This document shows, in pieces, positions 40,527 through 50,628 of a DNA stretch of 64,000 nucleotides. A program made the translations under genes and the position numbers. Under the pieces are notes generated by a model. It saw only the letters and a program-made list of their open reading frames with translations. It had not been told where the DNA came from and ran no database searches. Origin of the DNA: an uncultured Actinomycetota bacterium (lineage in GTDB: Bacteria > Actinomycetota > Actinomycetes > CAVWCF01); contig CAVWCF010000001.1 of assembly GCA_963753435.1 (NCBI GenBank), forward strand, positions 1,312,001-1,376,000, read 5' to 3'. The first letter of the stretch is position 1. Every line of letters starts with the position of its first letter.

Positions 40527-40641
40527 CTCTTCTCCATATTATGAGAATGGGGATTCCGTAAGGTGGGAGGAGTCTGGGCCAAGCCTCGGCCCAGGTCAAC
40601 ACCCGCCCCCCAAGTCGGGTCCAACGTCCCGACCAGCACTG

Positions 40642-41265
40642 TCAGTCGTCGACACGGCGGACCAGCCAGGCACCCACACCGGCCTGGTCCCACCGGTACT
40701 GCGACAGCAACCCGTCGGCGTCAACGGTGAACTCAGCGCCGGATTCATACGAGCCACCGACGACCCGGTGCGTGCTGGAGCCGCCGGTTTCGTCCACCAG
40801 CTCGGCGGTGCGTACGTCCACGACCGGTGCCAGCAGGTCCATCGGGTCAGCTCCCGGCCGGATGTCCGGCACGCACACGGGCGCGCCTTCGGGACCGGCC
40901 GCACCAAGAGCACGCACTACCGGGCCGGCGTAGATACGCAGCAACGGCAGCAGGAGCGCCGGACCGGAGACTTCGTCCTCGTAGGCGTGACCGTCGACGG
41001 TGCGCAACACCCGGATGCGGTCATCGGCCCGGCGGTACTCCGCAGTCACAGTCACGTTCGGCATCGTCAGGGCAATCGAGGCGGCCGCGAGGGCGGAGTC
41101 GAAGTCATCCAGATAGACCGCCGTCACAGCCAGGTCCACACCGAAGTCCGGTGCCTGCCGCCGGGAGGTCACCAGCGATCCGTCGACCGCGAACGTCTCC
41201 GTCAGCGGCTGCTGCTCACCGCCGAGGAAGTACTCAAACCGACCGGTCCGCTTCACGGCGCGCAT
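40642..41265 (-). CDS. hypothetical protein
   Basis: Coding-like ORF overlapping the end of the nfnB-like gene; start approximate. Confidence 0.6.
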   Translation of the reverse strand: MRAVKRTGRFEYFLGGEQQPLTETFAVDGSLVTSRRQAPDFGVDLAVTAVYLDDFDSALAAASIALTMPNVTVTAEYRRADDRIRVLRTVDGHAYEDEVSGPALLLPLLRIYAGPVVRALGAAGPEGAPVCVPDIRPGADPMDLLAPVVDVRTAELVDETGGSSTHRVVGGSYESGAEFTVDADGLLSQYRWDQAGVGAWLVRRVDD

Positions 41266-42712
41266 CGTCGCATGCGCCCAAGTACCCATCGATCGCGGCG
41301 GCTATTCGCTTACCGTCGCCCATCGCCAGAATGACGGTGGCCGCGCCACGGACGATGTCGCCGCCGGCGAACACCCCCGGCATGGACGACTCCCCCTCTT
41401 CGTTGACGACGATGTAGCCGCGGGAGTCGAGTTCCAGGTCCGGTGCGGTTGCGGTCAACAGCGGGTTTGCCCTCGTCCCGATGGCCATGATGACGTTGTC
41501 GCATTCCACCGTGAACTCCGAATCGGGGATCGGCTCGGGACGCCGCCGGCCGGATTCGTCCGGCTCCCCCAGTTGCATCCGCACACACCGCAGCCCGCGC
41601 ACCCAACCGTCGTCATCGCCGAGCACCGCCACCGGCGAAGTCAGGAAGTCGAACTCCACGCCCTCGGCCTCGGCATGCCCAACCTCCTCCGCCCGGGCGG
41701 GCAGTTCGGCGGCGGACCGTCGATAGACGATCCGCGCGTGCTCGGCACCCAGGCGTCGGGCTGTGCGGACCGCGTCCATGGCCACGTTGCCGCCGCCGAC
41801 GACGGCGACGCTGTGCCCGTGCAGCACGGGGGTGTCGGAGTCCGGCCGCCAGGCGCCCATCAGGTTGACCCGGGTCAGGTACTCGTTCGCGGAGAAGACC
41901 CCCTTCAGGTTCTCTCCGGGGATGTCCATGAACACCGGTAGTCCCGCCCCAACTGCCACGAACACTGCGTCGAACTGCTCACGCAACTGCGGCAGTGTGT
42001 AGGTGCGGCCGATGATCGCGTTGCACTCAATGGTCACGCCCTGGCGCTCGAGCCGCTGCACCTCCCGGCGGACGATCTCCTTGGGCAGCCGAAACTCCGG
42101 GATGCCGTAAAGAAGCACGCCGCCGGGTTCGTGGAAAGCCTCGTACACGGTGACCGCGTGACCGAGTTTGGCCAGTTCGCCGGCAGCCGTGAGCCCAGCA
42201 GGCCCCGACCCGATGACCGCGACGCTACGCCCGGTCGGCGCGGCCGACTCGGGAATCAGATCCAAGTTCTCCGCAGCCCAGTCGGCGACGTAGCGCTCCA
42301 AGTAGCCGATACCGACCGGGGTGCCGTCCACCCCCAACATGCGCGTGCCGCGCGGGCACTCCCCTTCGCACTGCGTCTCCTGCGGACACACCCGCCCAGT
42401 GACGCCCGGCAGCGCGTTGCACTCCAGCAGCACGCGGGCGGCCGACTCCAGATCCCCGGCGACGACGTGACCGATGAACTCGGGCACGTTTACACCGACC
42501 GGGCACCCCTCCATGCAGTGCGGCTTACGGCAACCGAGGCACCGGCGCGCTTCCAGCACGGCGATGTCTCCGGGCAGCCCCAGGTTCACCTCGGCGAAGG
42601 TGTGTGCGCGTTCGGCCGCATCGCGCTCGGGCATGGACTGCCGGGCGATCTGCAGCCGCTGTTTGTTGTTGAGCGGCCCGTCAGGGATCTGCTGGGCGTC
42701 CAGGTGTGGCAT
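41234..42712 (-). CDS. GltD-like large subunit (NfnB/SudA-like)
   Basis: RCLGC..C..GCPV, GRVCPQETQCE, GSGPAGL, YGIPEFRLPK, GGGNVAMD, GGDIVRGAATVILAMG. Confidence 0.9.
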   Translation of the reverse strand: MPHLDAQQIPDGPLNNKQRLQIARQSMPERDAAERAHTFAEVNLGLPGDIAVLEARRCLGCRKPHCMEGCPVGVNVPEFIGHVVAGDLESAARVLLECNALPGVTGRVCPQETQCEGECPRGTRMLGVDGTPVGIGYLERYVADWAAENLDLIPESAAPTGRSVAVIGSGPAGLTAAGELAKLGHAVTVYEAFHEPGGVLLYGIPEFRLPKEIVRREVQRLERQGVTIECNAIIGRTYTLPQLREQFDAVFVAVGAGLPVFMDIPGENLKGVFSANEYLTRVNLMGAWRPDSDTPVLHGHSVAVVGGGNVAMDAVRTARRLGAEHARIVYRRSAAELPARAEEVGHAEAEGVEFDFLTSPVAVLGDDDGWVRGLRCVRMQLGEPDESGRRRPEPIPDSEFTVECDNVIMAIGTRANPLLTATAPDLELDSRGYIVVNEEGESSMPGVFAGGDIVRGAATVILAMGDGKRIAAAIDGYLGACDDARREADRSV

Positions 42713-43545
42713 CACACCTCCACCTGGCAGGCTCGACGTCGCATGGCTTCGGCTTCGAAGTGCGCGTAGGTCGTGAGGCGATCGGCCAAAGAGTCGAAGT
42801 CGACCACGTGACCATCGAACTCCGGACCGTCCACACAGGCGTACTGGGCCTGCCCGTCGATGCTCACCCGGCATCCGCCGCACATCCCGGTCCCGTCGAG
42901 CATGATCGAGTTCAGCGACACGACAGTGTCTATCTGCATCGGGCGGGTCAGCTCCGCGCAGGCGCGCATCATCGGCACCGGCCCGACCGCGTAGACGCGG
43001 TTCACGGATTCGGTTGCCATGACGTCAGCCAACGCATCGGTCACCAGACCCTTGCGTCCGGCGCTGCCGTCCTCGGTGCAGACCACGACGTCGCCGATCT
43101 CGGACAACTCGTCGGTCAGGATCAAACCGCCTGCTGTCCGGGCGCCGACTATGGAAGTCACTGCCACACCACTGTCCGCCAGCGCACTGGCGATGGGCCA
43201 GGTGACCGCGGTCCCCACGCCCCCGCCGACGCAAACGGCACGTCCGGCCGCGAGCAGATCCGTTGGCCGTCCGAGCGGACCGGCGACATCCCTGATGTCA
43301 TCGCCCACTTCGAGATCGCAAAGGTCGGCCGTGCTCTTGCCGACGGCTTGAATGATCAGCGTGATCGTCCCGGCGTCCGGATCCGCCGCGGCGATGGTCA
43401 ACGGGATGCGCTCCGCACCGTCGCCCAGGCGAACGATCACGAATTGGCCCGGTCGGCGTACCTGCGCGATGCGCGGGGCTTCAACGTCGAAACGGGTCAC
43501 CGTTTCCGACAGCGGGTCCTTGGCTCGAATCAGCGCCACTGGCAC
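42712..43545 (-). CDS. ferredoxin-NADP reductase-like small subunit (NfnA/SudB-like)
   Basis: PGQFVIV..ERIPLTI, GGGVG, MLDGTGMCGGCRV..ACVDGPEFD (Asp/3Cys 2Fe-2S motif). Confidence 0.9.
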   Translation of the reverse strand: MPVALIRAKDPLSETVTRFDVEAPRIAQVRRPGQFVIVRLGDGAERIPLTIAAADPDAGTITLIIQAVGKSTADLCDLEVGDDIRDVAGPLGRPTDLLAAGRAVCVGGGVGTAVTWPIASALADSGVAVTSIVGARTAGGLILTDELSEIGDVVVCTEDGSAGRKGLVTDALADVMATESVNRVYAVGPVPMMRACAELTRPMQIDTVVSLNSIMLDGTGMCGGCRVSIDGQAQYACVDGPEFDGHVVDFDSLADRLTTYAHFEAEAMRRRACQVEV

Positions 43546-43647
43546 CTCCGGCTCCAGGAAGTGCCTTCAGTCTTGTCGAAGCAACGCAGACCCGGCAGGG
43601 CCCGAGGTCCCCGCGACGGCCAGCCCTTCTCCGCGTGGGCGCCTTTG

Positions 43648-45021
43648 TCAGCGAGGCGAGCGCTTGCTCGACCCCTGGCTGCTGCCCCGGCCGCGCCCAC
43701 TTCTGCCGGCACCCCGATCGGAGTGCGCACCGTGCCGCTGCTGCGGACGACGCGACCGGCCACGAGCCGGCCTGGCAGCGGCGGGTTGAGCCGGGCCCGA
43801 GTGGCTCACGACGGGCTCCACGTGCGGTGCTCGCGGGCCGCGCAGCTCTTCAATGACCGAGTGTCCCTCGGAGACGTTCGTCCGCGTCGGGTTGATGCCT
43901 GCGCGCTTGGACAGGCCCCGGACGCTGCCGTGCTGGTCAGGCGTGGCCAGGGTGATGACGGTGCCACCGGAACCGGCGCGGGCGGTACGCCCCGACCGGT
44001 GCAGGTAGGTCTTGTGATCGGCGGGCGGGTCGACGTGCACCACTAGGCCGATGTCATCGACGTGGATGCCGCGGGCGGCGATGTCGGTGGCGACCAGAAC
44101 CCGAACCTGCCCGTTTGAGAACGCGGCGAGGTTGCGCTCGCGCTGCTTCTGGCTCAGGTTGCCGTGCAGGTCCACTGCCGGGATGCCGGCCTTGGTCAGG
44201 TTCGACGCCATCCGCTTGGCCATGTGCTTGGTGCGGGTGAAGAACAGGGTGCGCCCATGACCGGCGGCAAGGTCATGCACGATCGCGGTCTTGTCGTTGT
44301 GCGCCACGGCGAACACGTGGTGCTCCATCGGCGTTGAATCCACCGAGACCGGCGGGTCGACCTCAACCACCAGCGGATCGCGCGTGTACCGGCGAACCAG
44401 AACGTCGATGTCCTTGTCCAGGGTGGCGGAGAAGAACAGACGCTGGCCCGTCTTGGGCGTGGCGTCCAGCAACCGCTTCACCGGGGGCAGGAAGCCGAGG
44501 TCGGCCATGTGATCGGCCTCGTCCAGGACCGCGACCTCGACCGCGTCGAGGTTGCAGTTACCGGACTTGATGAGGTCCTCAAGGCGACCCGGGGTCGCAA
44601 TCAGTACGTCGACGCCCTTGCGCAGCGCGCTGAGTTGCGGCCCATAGCCAACGCCGCCGAAAACGGTGGTGACCGTCATTCCGGCTGCGCGCGCCAGCGG
44701 TGCGAACGTCTCAGCGACCTGACGTGCCAACTCACGGGTCGGCACCAGCACCAGCGCCCGGGGCCGAAGCACCTGGCGCCGCTTTCCGGAGGCGTCCAGT
44801 GCCATCACGGTCGGCACCGCGAACGCCACGGTCTTGCCGGAACCGGTACGGCCCCGGCCAAGGACGTCGCGTCCGTTGATGGCAGCCGGGATGGCAGCGG
44901 TCTGAATCGGGAACGGATCGGTGATGCCCTGCTTGGCAAGGGCGTTGATCAAGTGGTCGGGGAGCCCGAGCGCGGCGAATCCGGGCGCAGACGTGCGGGA
45001 CTGTTCGGTGTGCGTGTTCAT
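43648..45021 (-). CDS. DEAD-box RNA helicase
   Basis: PFPIQ, TGSGKT, PTRELA, DEAD, SAT, ARGIH, HRSGRTAR; basic tail. Confidence 0.96.
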   Translation of the reverse strand: MNTHTEQSRTSAPGFAALGLPDHLINALAKQGITDPFPIQTAAIPAAINGRDVLGRGRTGSGKTVAFAVPTVMALDASGKRRQVLRPRALVLVPTRELARQVAETFAPLARAAGMTVTTVFGGVGYGPQLSALRKGVDVLIATPGRLEDLIKSGNCNLDAVEVAVLDEADHMADLGFLPPVKRLLDATPKTGQRLFFSATLDKDIDVLVRRYTRDPLVVEVDPPVSVDSTPMEHHVFAVAHNDKTAIVHDLAAGHGRTLFFTRTKHMAKRMASNLTKAGIPAVDLHGNLSQKQRERNLAAFSNGQVRVLVATDIAARGIHVDDIGLVVHVDPPADHKTYLHRSGRTARAGSGGTVITLATPDQHGSVRGLSKRAGINPTRTNVSEGHSVIEELRGPRAPHVEPVVSHSGPAQPAAARPARGRSRRPQQRHGAHSDRGAGRSGRGRGSSQGSSKRSPR

Positions 45022-45175
45022 TGCTTCCTCAAACTGAAGGTGGGCGGCCGCGGGTGCGGGATACCCAAGCGTCAGCGGGGAATCAGCGCGCCGAATCGGC
45101 GCTCGCAAGTCGACCCGGAATTCGCCCGGCGGGCGCGTTCCGTGCCGGAATCGTCTCACGGATGCGCTGCAGAAC

Positions 45176-46051
45176 CTATTCGCGACTTCGCCCGGGTGCC
45201 ACGGCTTGCAGCACCGCCTCGCTGCCGGCGTACACACCGTCGGCCCGGGGCCAGTGCACGAGCAGGTCGGTGAAGCCAAGTTCGGCGGCGCGCCCGGCGC
45301 AGTCCTCGAAGAAGTCCACCGAAGACAACGCGGCTCTGCCGTTCGAATCGACCATCAGGTATCGGTCCACCGAATCTGCGTTGCGGCCGGCGGCAGCAAG
45401 GGTTTCGGTGAACCGCTGACTCAGTTCAGCCACGCCGTCCCACCACGCCGTCAATCCGTCGGCACCCTCGGTCGTTCCGGTGGTGACCCACCCCTGCCCG
45501 AACCTGGCGGCCAGGCGCATCAGGCGCGGGCCGTTGGCGGCGACTACGAATGGCGGTCGGGGCTGCTGCACCGATGCCGGGATCATCCTCGCGTCCACCG
45601 CCTTGAAGTAGTCCCCGTCGTAGTCGGTACGCGGCCGGGTGAGCAGGGCGTCAAGCAGTTCGACGAACTCCGCGAACCGGTCGGCCCGCTGCGACGGCGG
45701 CAACACTTCGCCGCCGAGGACGGTCGCGTCGAAACCCACGCCGCCGGCCCCCATGCCCACCAGGAGTCGACCGCCGCTGACGTCGTCGAGCGTCATCAGG
45801 TCCTTGGCCAGCGGCACCGGATGCCGGTAGTTGGGGGAGGTGACCATCGTGCCGAGGCGGATGCGGTCGGTTACCCCGGCGGCGGCTGTGAGTGTTGTTA
45901 GGGCGCCGAACCAGGGACCGTCGGCCAACGTGCGCCAGGACAGGTGGTCGTACGTCCAGGCGTGCGCGAAGCCGTACTCCTCAGCCGCCACCCAAAGCGG
46001 CCGTGCTTGTGCCCAGCGGTACTCCGGAAGGATCACGATGCCGAGCCGCAT
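45176..46051 (-). CDS. LLM-class flavin-dependent oxidoreductase
   Basis: HAWTYDHL, RLGTMVTSPNYRHP, DDVSGGR. Confidence 0.9.
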   Translation of the reverse strand: MRLGIVILPEYRWAQARPLWVAAEEYGFAHAWTYDHLSWRTLADGPWFGALTTLTAAAGVTDRIRLGTMVTSPNYRHPVPLAKDLMTLDDVSGGRLLVGMGAGGVGFDATVLGGEVLPPSQRADRFAEFVELLDALLTRPRTDYDGDYFKAVDARMIPASVQQPRPPFVVAANGPRLMRLAARFGQGWVTTGTTEGADGLTAWWDGVAELSQRFTETLAAAGRNADSVDRYLMVDSNGRAALSSVDFFEDCAGRAAELGFTDLLVHWPRADGVYAGSEAVLQAVAPGRSRE

Positions 46052-46093
46052 GGACACGTCGTCATCCTGGCACCGCTAGGCCAGACTCAAGTC

Positions 46094-47488
46094 GTGGACT
46101 TGACGCGACCCTGGCGGGAGTACCCGAGTGCGGCGGAGCTGTCGGCGCGCACGCCCCCTGCACGGGATCGAGTGGTGGACCTCGTTCGCGCGTTCTCGCT
46201 GGTGGTGGTCGTCTTCGGCCATTCCTTCATGGCTCAGGTCGCCTTCGTCGACGGCGGCCTGGAGTTGGGCAACACCTTGGCGCAAACACGGTGGCTGCAG
46301 CCGGCCACGTGGGTGCTGCAGGTGATGCCGCTGTTCTTCGCAGCAGGCGCCTGGGCCAACGCGCTCAGCTACCGCAAGGCCACGGCCTACCCGCAGTGGC
46401 TGAACTCCCGGGTGCGCCGGCTAGTCCGCCCGGTCATCGCCTACACCGGGTTCTGGATCATCGCCTCGCCGCTGCTGCTGGCCTGGAACTACGACGTCGC
46501 CCTCGCGCTGCTGCGGATCTCCACGCAGTTGCTGTGGTTCCTGGGGGCATATCTCCTGGTGACCGCCCTGACGCCGGTACTGATGCGGCTGGCGACCCGA
46601 CCGGTACTGGCCTGTGTCGGCTGGCTGTCGGGTGCATTGCTGGTGGACGTAATCCGGCTGGCCGGAGGTCCCGGTGCCGTCGGCCTGGCCAACTTCGTTG
46701 TTGTCTGGGCACTGGCGGGCCAAGCCGGATTGTGGGCCTTCTCGGCGCGGCACCGGCCGAGCGTTCCCGCGGCGCTGGCCCTGGCCGCGGCCGGCATCGG
46801 CACCAACGCCCTGCTGGTCGGGCTCGGTCCGTGGCCGCTGAGCCTGGTGGGCCTGTCCACGGACGAGATCTCCAACATGGCGCCGCCGTCGGTGGTCCTG
46901 GCGATCCACTGCATCGTCCTGGCGAGCCTCGTCGTCGTCGCCTACTCCTGGCTGACCCGGGTCAGCCAACGGGAGTGGGTGTGGCGACCGACGACGGTCG
47001 TGAACGCCGCCGCGATGACGGTCTACCTGTGGCATCTGGCGGCCATGATCCTGGCGCTGTCCGTACTCGCCGCTGCCGGACAGGACCTGCCCGGCTTCTC
47101 CGGCGGTTCCTGGCTGTGGCCGCGACTGGGGTTCTGGCTGCTCTTCGCCACTTTCACATTCGGGCTGGTCTGGTTGATGCGGCCGTTCGAGCACATCCCG
47201 CTGCCCTGGTGGGACGCCCCGCCCAAATTGCACCCCCTGCAGTCCTGGCCGTACCGGCTGCGCAGTTCGGTCTCGGTGTTGGGCGTCGTCCTGGTCGCGG
47301 TCGGGCTGCTGGCGCTGTCGGTGACCGGACTGGTCGGCTTCCCCTTCGGGGTGACGTCGTCCTACGCCGGGTTCGAGTTCACCCCGGGTCTCAGCATCCT
47401 GGTCGCGCTGGTCGGCATCGGCCTGATCCGTGCCGGCGCCGTGGGCGTGGATCGCTCCGGCTCATCCATCGCCGCCCACTTCGAGTAG
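46094..47488 (+). CDS. membrane acyltransferase (acyltransferase-3-like)
   Basis: RDRVVDLVRA..VVFGH, QVMPLFF, LWFLGAY, SNMAPP, MTVYLWH. Confidence 0.85.
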   Translation: MDLTRPWREYPSAAELSARTPPARDRVVDLVRAFSLVVVVFGHSFMAQVAFVDGGLELGNTLAQTRWLQPATWVLQVMPLFFAAGAWANALSYRKATAYPQWLNSRVRRLVRPVIAYTGFWIIASPLLLAWNYDVALALLRISTQLLWFLGAYLLVTALTPVLMRLATRPVLACVGWLSGALLVDVIRLAGGPGAVGLANFVVVWALAGQAGLWAFSARHRPSVPAALALAAAGIGTNALLVGLGPWPLSLVGLSTDEISNMAPPSVVLAIHCIVLASLVVVAYSWLTRVSQREWVWRPTTVVNAAAMTVYLWHLAAMILALSVLAAAGQDLPGFSGGSWLWPRLGFWLLFATFTFGLVWLMRPFEHIPLPWWDAPPKLHPLQSWPYRLRSSVSVLGVVLVAVGLLALSVTGLVGFPFGVTSSYAGFEFTPGLSILVALVGIGLIRAGAVGVDRSGSSIAAHFE

Positions 47489-47632
47489 AGCGAACCGCAC
47501 TCAGCTGGATCGGCCTTTTCCATCGAAGACTAGGGACCTAAGTCACGTTTACCGAATCTCGGGAACGCGACCTCATGCGGTGCCGTCTCCTAATTGTCCG
47601 ACCAATGCACAGATCAGGAGGATCTGAACCTA

Positions 47633-48463
47633 ATGAAGAAGACTTGGATGGCAGGCATCGCAACCGCAGTCGCCGCCGGTGCGATCGCCGTTCCCACCGT
47701 GGCCGGCGCAGCCGAGGGCTACGAGACCAACAACGGGCTTCGCTTCAGCAACCTGACCACCTACTGCGCCGAGGTGCAGATCAAGACCGCCGGCCTGGAC
47801 CGTGGTGCCGTCGCGATCGTTGTTGACGAGTACACCGCCAACGCCGATGTCACCGACCCCAAGGGCTTCAGCGCCTTCAAGAAGTCCAAGCCCACGGCCA
47901 ACGCTGATACCGGGACCATCACGGTCAGCCAGCTCGTCGCTCGCGATGCCGCGGGCAACCCGACGCAGGTGCTGTGCAAGACGAAGGCGTTCGACGGCCT
48001 CGAGGCCGCGTTCGGCCCGGAGATCTTCGACCCGGAGACCCCAGCAATGCCCGCCAACGCCGTGACCGAGTCGGTCTTGCGCGAGGCGCTCGTCACCACC
48101 GACCCCGCGGAGCGCGCGAAGGTGGCCAAGCGGCTAGACACCACCATCGTTGACCCGACCACCTACCAGTTGGGCGGCAACGGCTGGGCCGTGCTGAACT
48201 TCGAGACCATCAAGGCCGACGCCGGTCTGACGCACCTGCGCACCAACGCGCTGTCGACGTCCGCCGACCCGGCAGCCACTCTGCCGAACCCGGTTGTGGA
48301 CGCGCTGAACGCCCAGTTCGGCCGCTTCATGCCGGCACCGCTGCCCTACGGGACCACCCAGGGCGACCTGATCCGGGCCGGACTGCTGGACGCCGGAATC
48401 CTGGGCACGCTGTACACCACGACCCCGACGGTGAACGCGGTCGCGGACGCGCTGACTGCCTGA
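47633..48463 (+). CDS. secreted hypothetical protein
   Basis: AGGAGG RBS, MKK + hydrophobic + AxA signal peptide, strong codon bias, terminator. Confidence 0.85.
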   Translation: MKKTWMAGIATAVAAGAIAVPTVAGAAEGYETNNGLRFSNLTTYCAEVQIKTAGLDRGAVAIVVDEYTANADVTDPKGFSAFKKSKPTANADTGTITVSQLVARDAAGNPTQVLCKTKAFDGLEAAFGPEIFDPETPAMPANAVTESVLREALVTTDPAERAKVAKRLDTTIVDPTTYQLGGNGWAVLNFETIKADAGLTHLRTNALSTSADPAATLPNPVVDALNAQFGRFMPAPLPYGTTQGDLIRAGLLDAGILGTLYTTTPTVNAVADALTA

Positions 48464-48481
48464 TCTACGCAGCCAACTCAA

Positions 48482-48520
48482 GGGCCACGCGGTCTCCACT
48501 CGGGGACCGCGTGGTTCTTT
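48482..48520 (+). terminator. intrinsic terminator
   Basis: CCACGCGGTCTCC/GGGGACCGCGTGG hairpin followed by TTCTTT. Confidence 0.75.
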
Positions 48521-48620
48521 GCTTCGAACGGTTGCCCCGCACCTGCACCTGTGCGCTTGCGCGGCCTGGGCTAGGTTCCGCCAGCCGTCGTGCATCAGCA
48601 CACTGAGGTAAGGAGTCCGC

Positions 48621-49460
48621 GTGCGTTACTTCGTTCTCGGCGCCGGGTTGACCGGTCAAGCAGTCGCCCGCGAATTGCGCTCTGCCGGGCATCACGTCAT
48701 CGGCAGCACCACGACCCCAGCCAAGGTCGAACCGCTGCAGGAGCATTTCGACGAAGTGCGGGTGCTGCGCGGCTCTGATCGCGAGGCCATTACGGAGGTC
48801 CTAGGTGGCGTCGACGGCGTAGTGATCTCAGCCGGCCCGCCAGCCCTGTTCGACGAGGCCGAACGCGAACGCATTTACCGCGCGGTGTTGGTGGACACTG
48901 CCGAATCCATCGTCGCCGGAGTACGAGCCTCGGGGATGTCCGGCCCGGTGGTCGCCATGTCCTCGATCTCGGTCTACGGCGACGCCCAGAACGACCGGGA
49001 CGAGATCACCGAGGATGGGCCGCTGGCCGAGCCGACCCTCGCCAGCCCCCGCAACTTCCAATTGATGGAACGCACATATCTCGACGGTCTACCCGAGCAG
49101 GCGTGCATCTTCCGCTGCGTCGAGATCTACGGCGCCGACGACCCGCCCGCTGAGGTGCAGCTGAAGATGGTCGTTGACAACCTGGGCGGCCGGTTGCCGT
49201 TCGCGGCCGATGCGTTGCTGTACCGGACCGAGGTTCGTGAGGTCGCCAAAGCCTTGGCGCACGCGCTGGAGCATCGGATGTCCGGCGTCTACAACCTCGC
49301 AGCCCAGGAAGTGCCCGAGACGATCCAGGCCAAGTGCGACGGCATTGCCGCTGAGCAGGGCTGGCCGCCGTTCGAGTACCTGGCCGAACTGGCGAACCCG
49401 ACCAAGCCGCTGTCGGTCGAGCGGCTGACCCAGGCCGGCTTCGCGTTCAGCGGCAACTGA
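48621..49460 (+). CDS. NAD-dependent epimerase/dehydratase-like protein
   Basis: VLGAGLTG, SSISVYG, EIYG, GVYNL. Confidence 0.8.
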   Translation: MRYFVLGAGLTGQAVARELRSAGHHVIGSTTTPAKVEPLQEHFDEVRVLRGSDREAITEVLGGVDGVVISAGPPALFDEAERERIYRAVLVDTAESIVAGVRASGMSGPVVAMSSISVYGDAQNDRDEITEDGPLAEPTLASPRNFQLMERTYLDGLPEQACIFRCVEIYGADDPPAEVQLKMVVDNLGGRLPFAADALLYRTEVREVAKALAHALEHRMSGVYNLAAQEVPETIQAKCDGIAAEQGWPPFEYLAELANPTKPLSVERLTQAGFAFSGN

Positions 49461-49516
49461 GCGGAGGGCGTGGGATTCGAACCCACGAGGAGCGTGAACT
49501 CCTAGCGGTTTTCAAG
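49459..49516 (-). repeat. 58-bp duplicate of tRNA-Ser(TGA) 3' half (att site)
   Basis: Identical to 53063-53120; identity ends exactly at the anticodon loop boundary. Confidence 0.93.
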
Positions 49517-49860
49517 TTCGCCGGTTGCCCTGCTAGGTAGTCCAAGCCCATGTCATTGAGCCAGTACAGGGTGGTAGTGGGCCGATCCCACAGGCTGCCT
49601 GTCCTGATGCGAGTCGTCTCGCCGCGTGGTTTCGTGACGATTTCGTGAAGCGGGCTTGAGCCTGATTCCCGTCGATGCCGACGACTCACCGCGTCATCAC
49701 TCTGGGCTAGCGCACAGCACCCAAACCGGCCCCTTCGAGTCCAACCGCTCTCGTGCAGGGCGGGCCTTGCGACCCTGACTGCGGGTGGATCGCCGCTTCT
49801 AGTCTGGGGGTGTCGCACCGGTACCGCTGATGGCGGGACTGCGGGGCCCAGGCGAGGTGA

Positions 49861-50625
49861 TTGCTCGTGTCCTCATCCTCATCGGTGTCCGTCGATGCCC
49901 GGCTGGGCGCCGTCGGCTCGCGGATCGACCTTGATGACGTCCACCGGGCGTATCAGGTGGGCGCGACGCAGGTGGTCGCGCTGGACGACATCAACCTGCA
50001 CGTCGATGAGGCCGCGTTCGTCGTGGTGCTCGGTGCGTCGGGATCGGGCAAGACGACGCTGCTGAACATGATCGGGGCTCTCGACACGCCGACCAGTGGG
50101 ACCGTCGGGATCAACGGCGAGGACATCACCCACGCCTCCCGGGAGCAGCGCCGCAAGATCCGCCGAGGCACGGTCAGTTTCATCTTCCAGAGTTTCAACC
50201 TCTTCCCCGCGCTCACTGCGCTGGAGAACGTCCAGTTCGGCGCCGACGCGGCGGGCCGGGACGACTCCTCCGCCGTGGCGGAGGAGACCCTGGCCGATGT
50301 CGGCCTGGCCGAACGGAGTCGCCACTTCCCCCATCAGCTGTCCGGCGGAGAGCAGCAGCGTGTGGCGATCGCCCGGGCCCTGGCCACCGGCAACCCGATC
50401 CTGCTGGCCGACGAACCGACCGGTGAACTGGACTTCCACACCGGCGTACAGATCCTTGAACTGCTCCGCGAGCAGGCAGTGGCGGGCAAGACGGTCCTCG
50501 TCGTGACGCACAACCGCGAGATCTCCCGCGTCGCCGATCGGGTGATCGAGTTGAGCAGCGGGACGATTGTGGGCGACGGACCGCCGGCTGGTGGCCGGGC
50601 GGACATCTCGGACCTGCGCTGGTAG
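49861..50625 (+). CDS. MacB/LolD-type ABC ATP-binding protein
   Basis: GASGSGKTT, FQSFNL, LSGGEQQRVAIARA, ADEPTGELD; start may be 49867. Confidence 0.93.
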   Translation: MLVSSSSSVSVDARLGAVGSRIDLDDVHRAYQVGATQVVALDDINLHVDEAAFVVVLGASGSGKTTLLNMIGALDTPTSGTVGINGEDITHASREQRRKIRRGTVSFIFQSFNLFPALTALENVQFGADAAGRDDSSAVAEETLADVGLAERSRHFPHQLSGGEQQRVAIARALATGNPILLADEPTGELDFHTGVQILELLREQAVAGKTVLVVTHNREISRVADRVIELSSGTIVGDGPPAGGRADISDLRW

Positions 50626-50628
50626 CCC

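Noticed and set aside
49459-49516. A second tRNA-Ser(TGA) gene
   Set aside because: Lacks the 5' acceptor strand, D arm and 5' anticodon stem; it is an att duplicate
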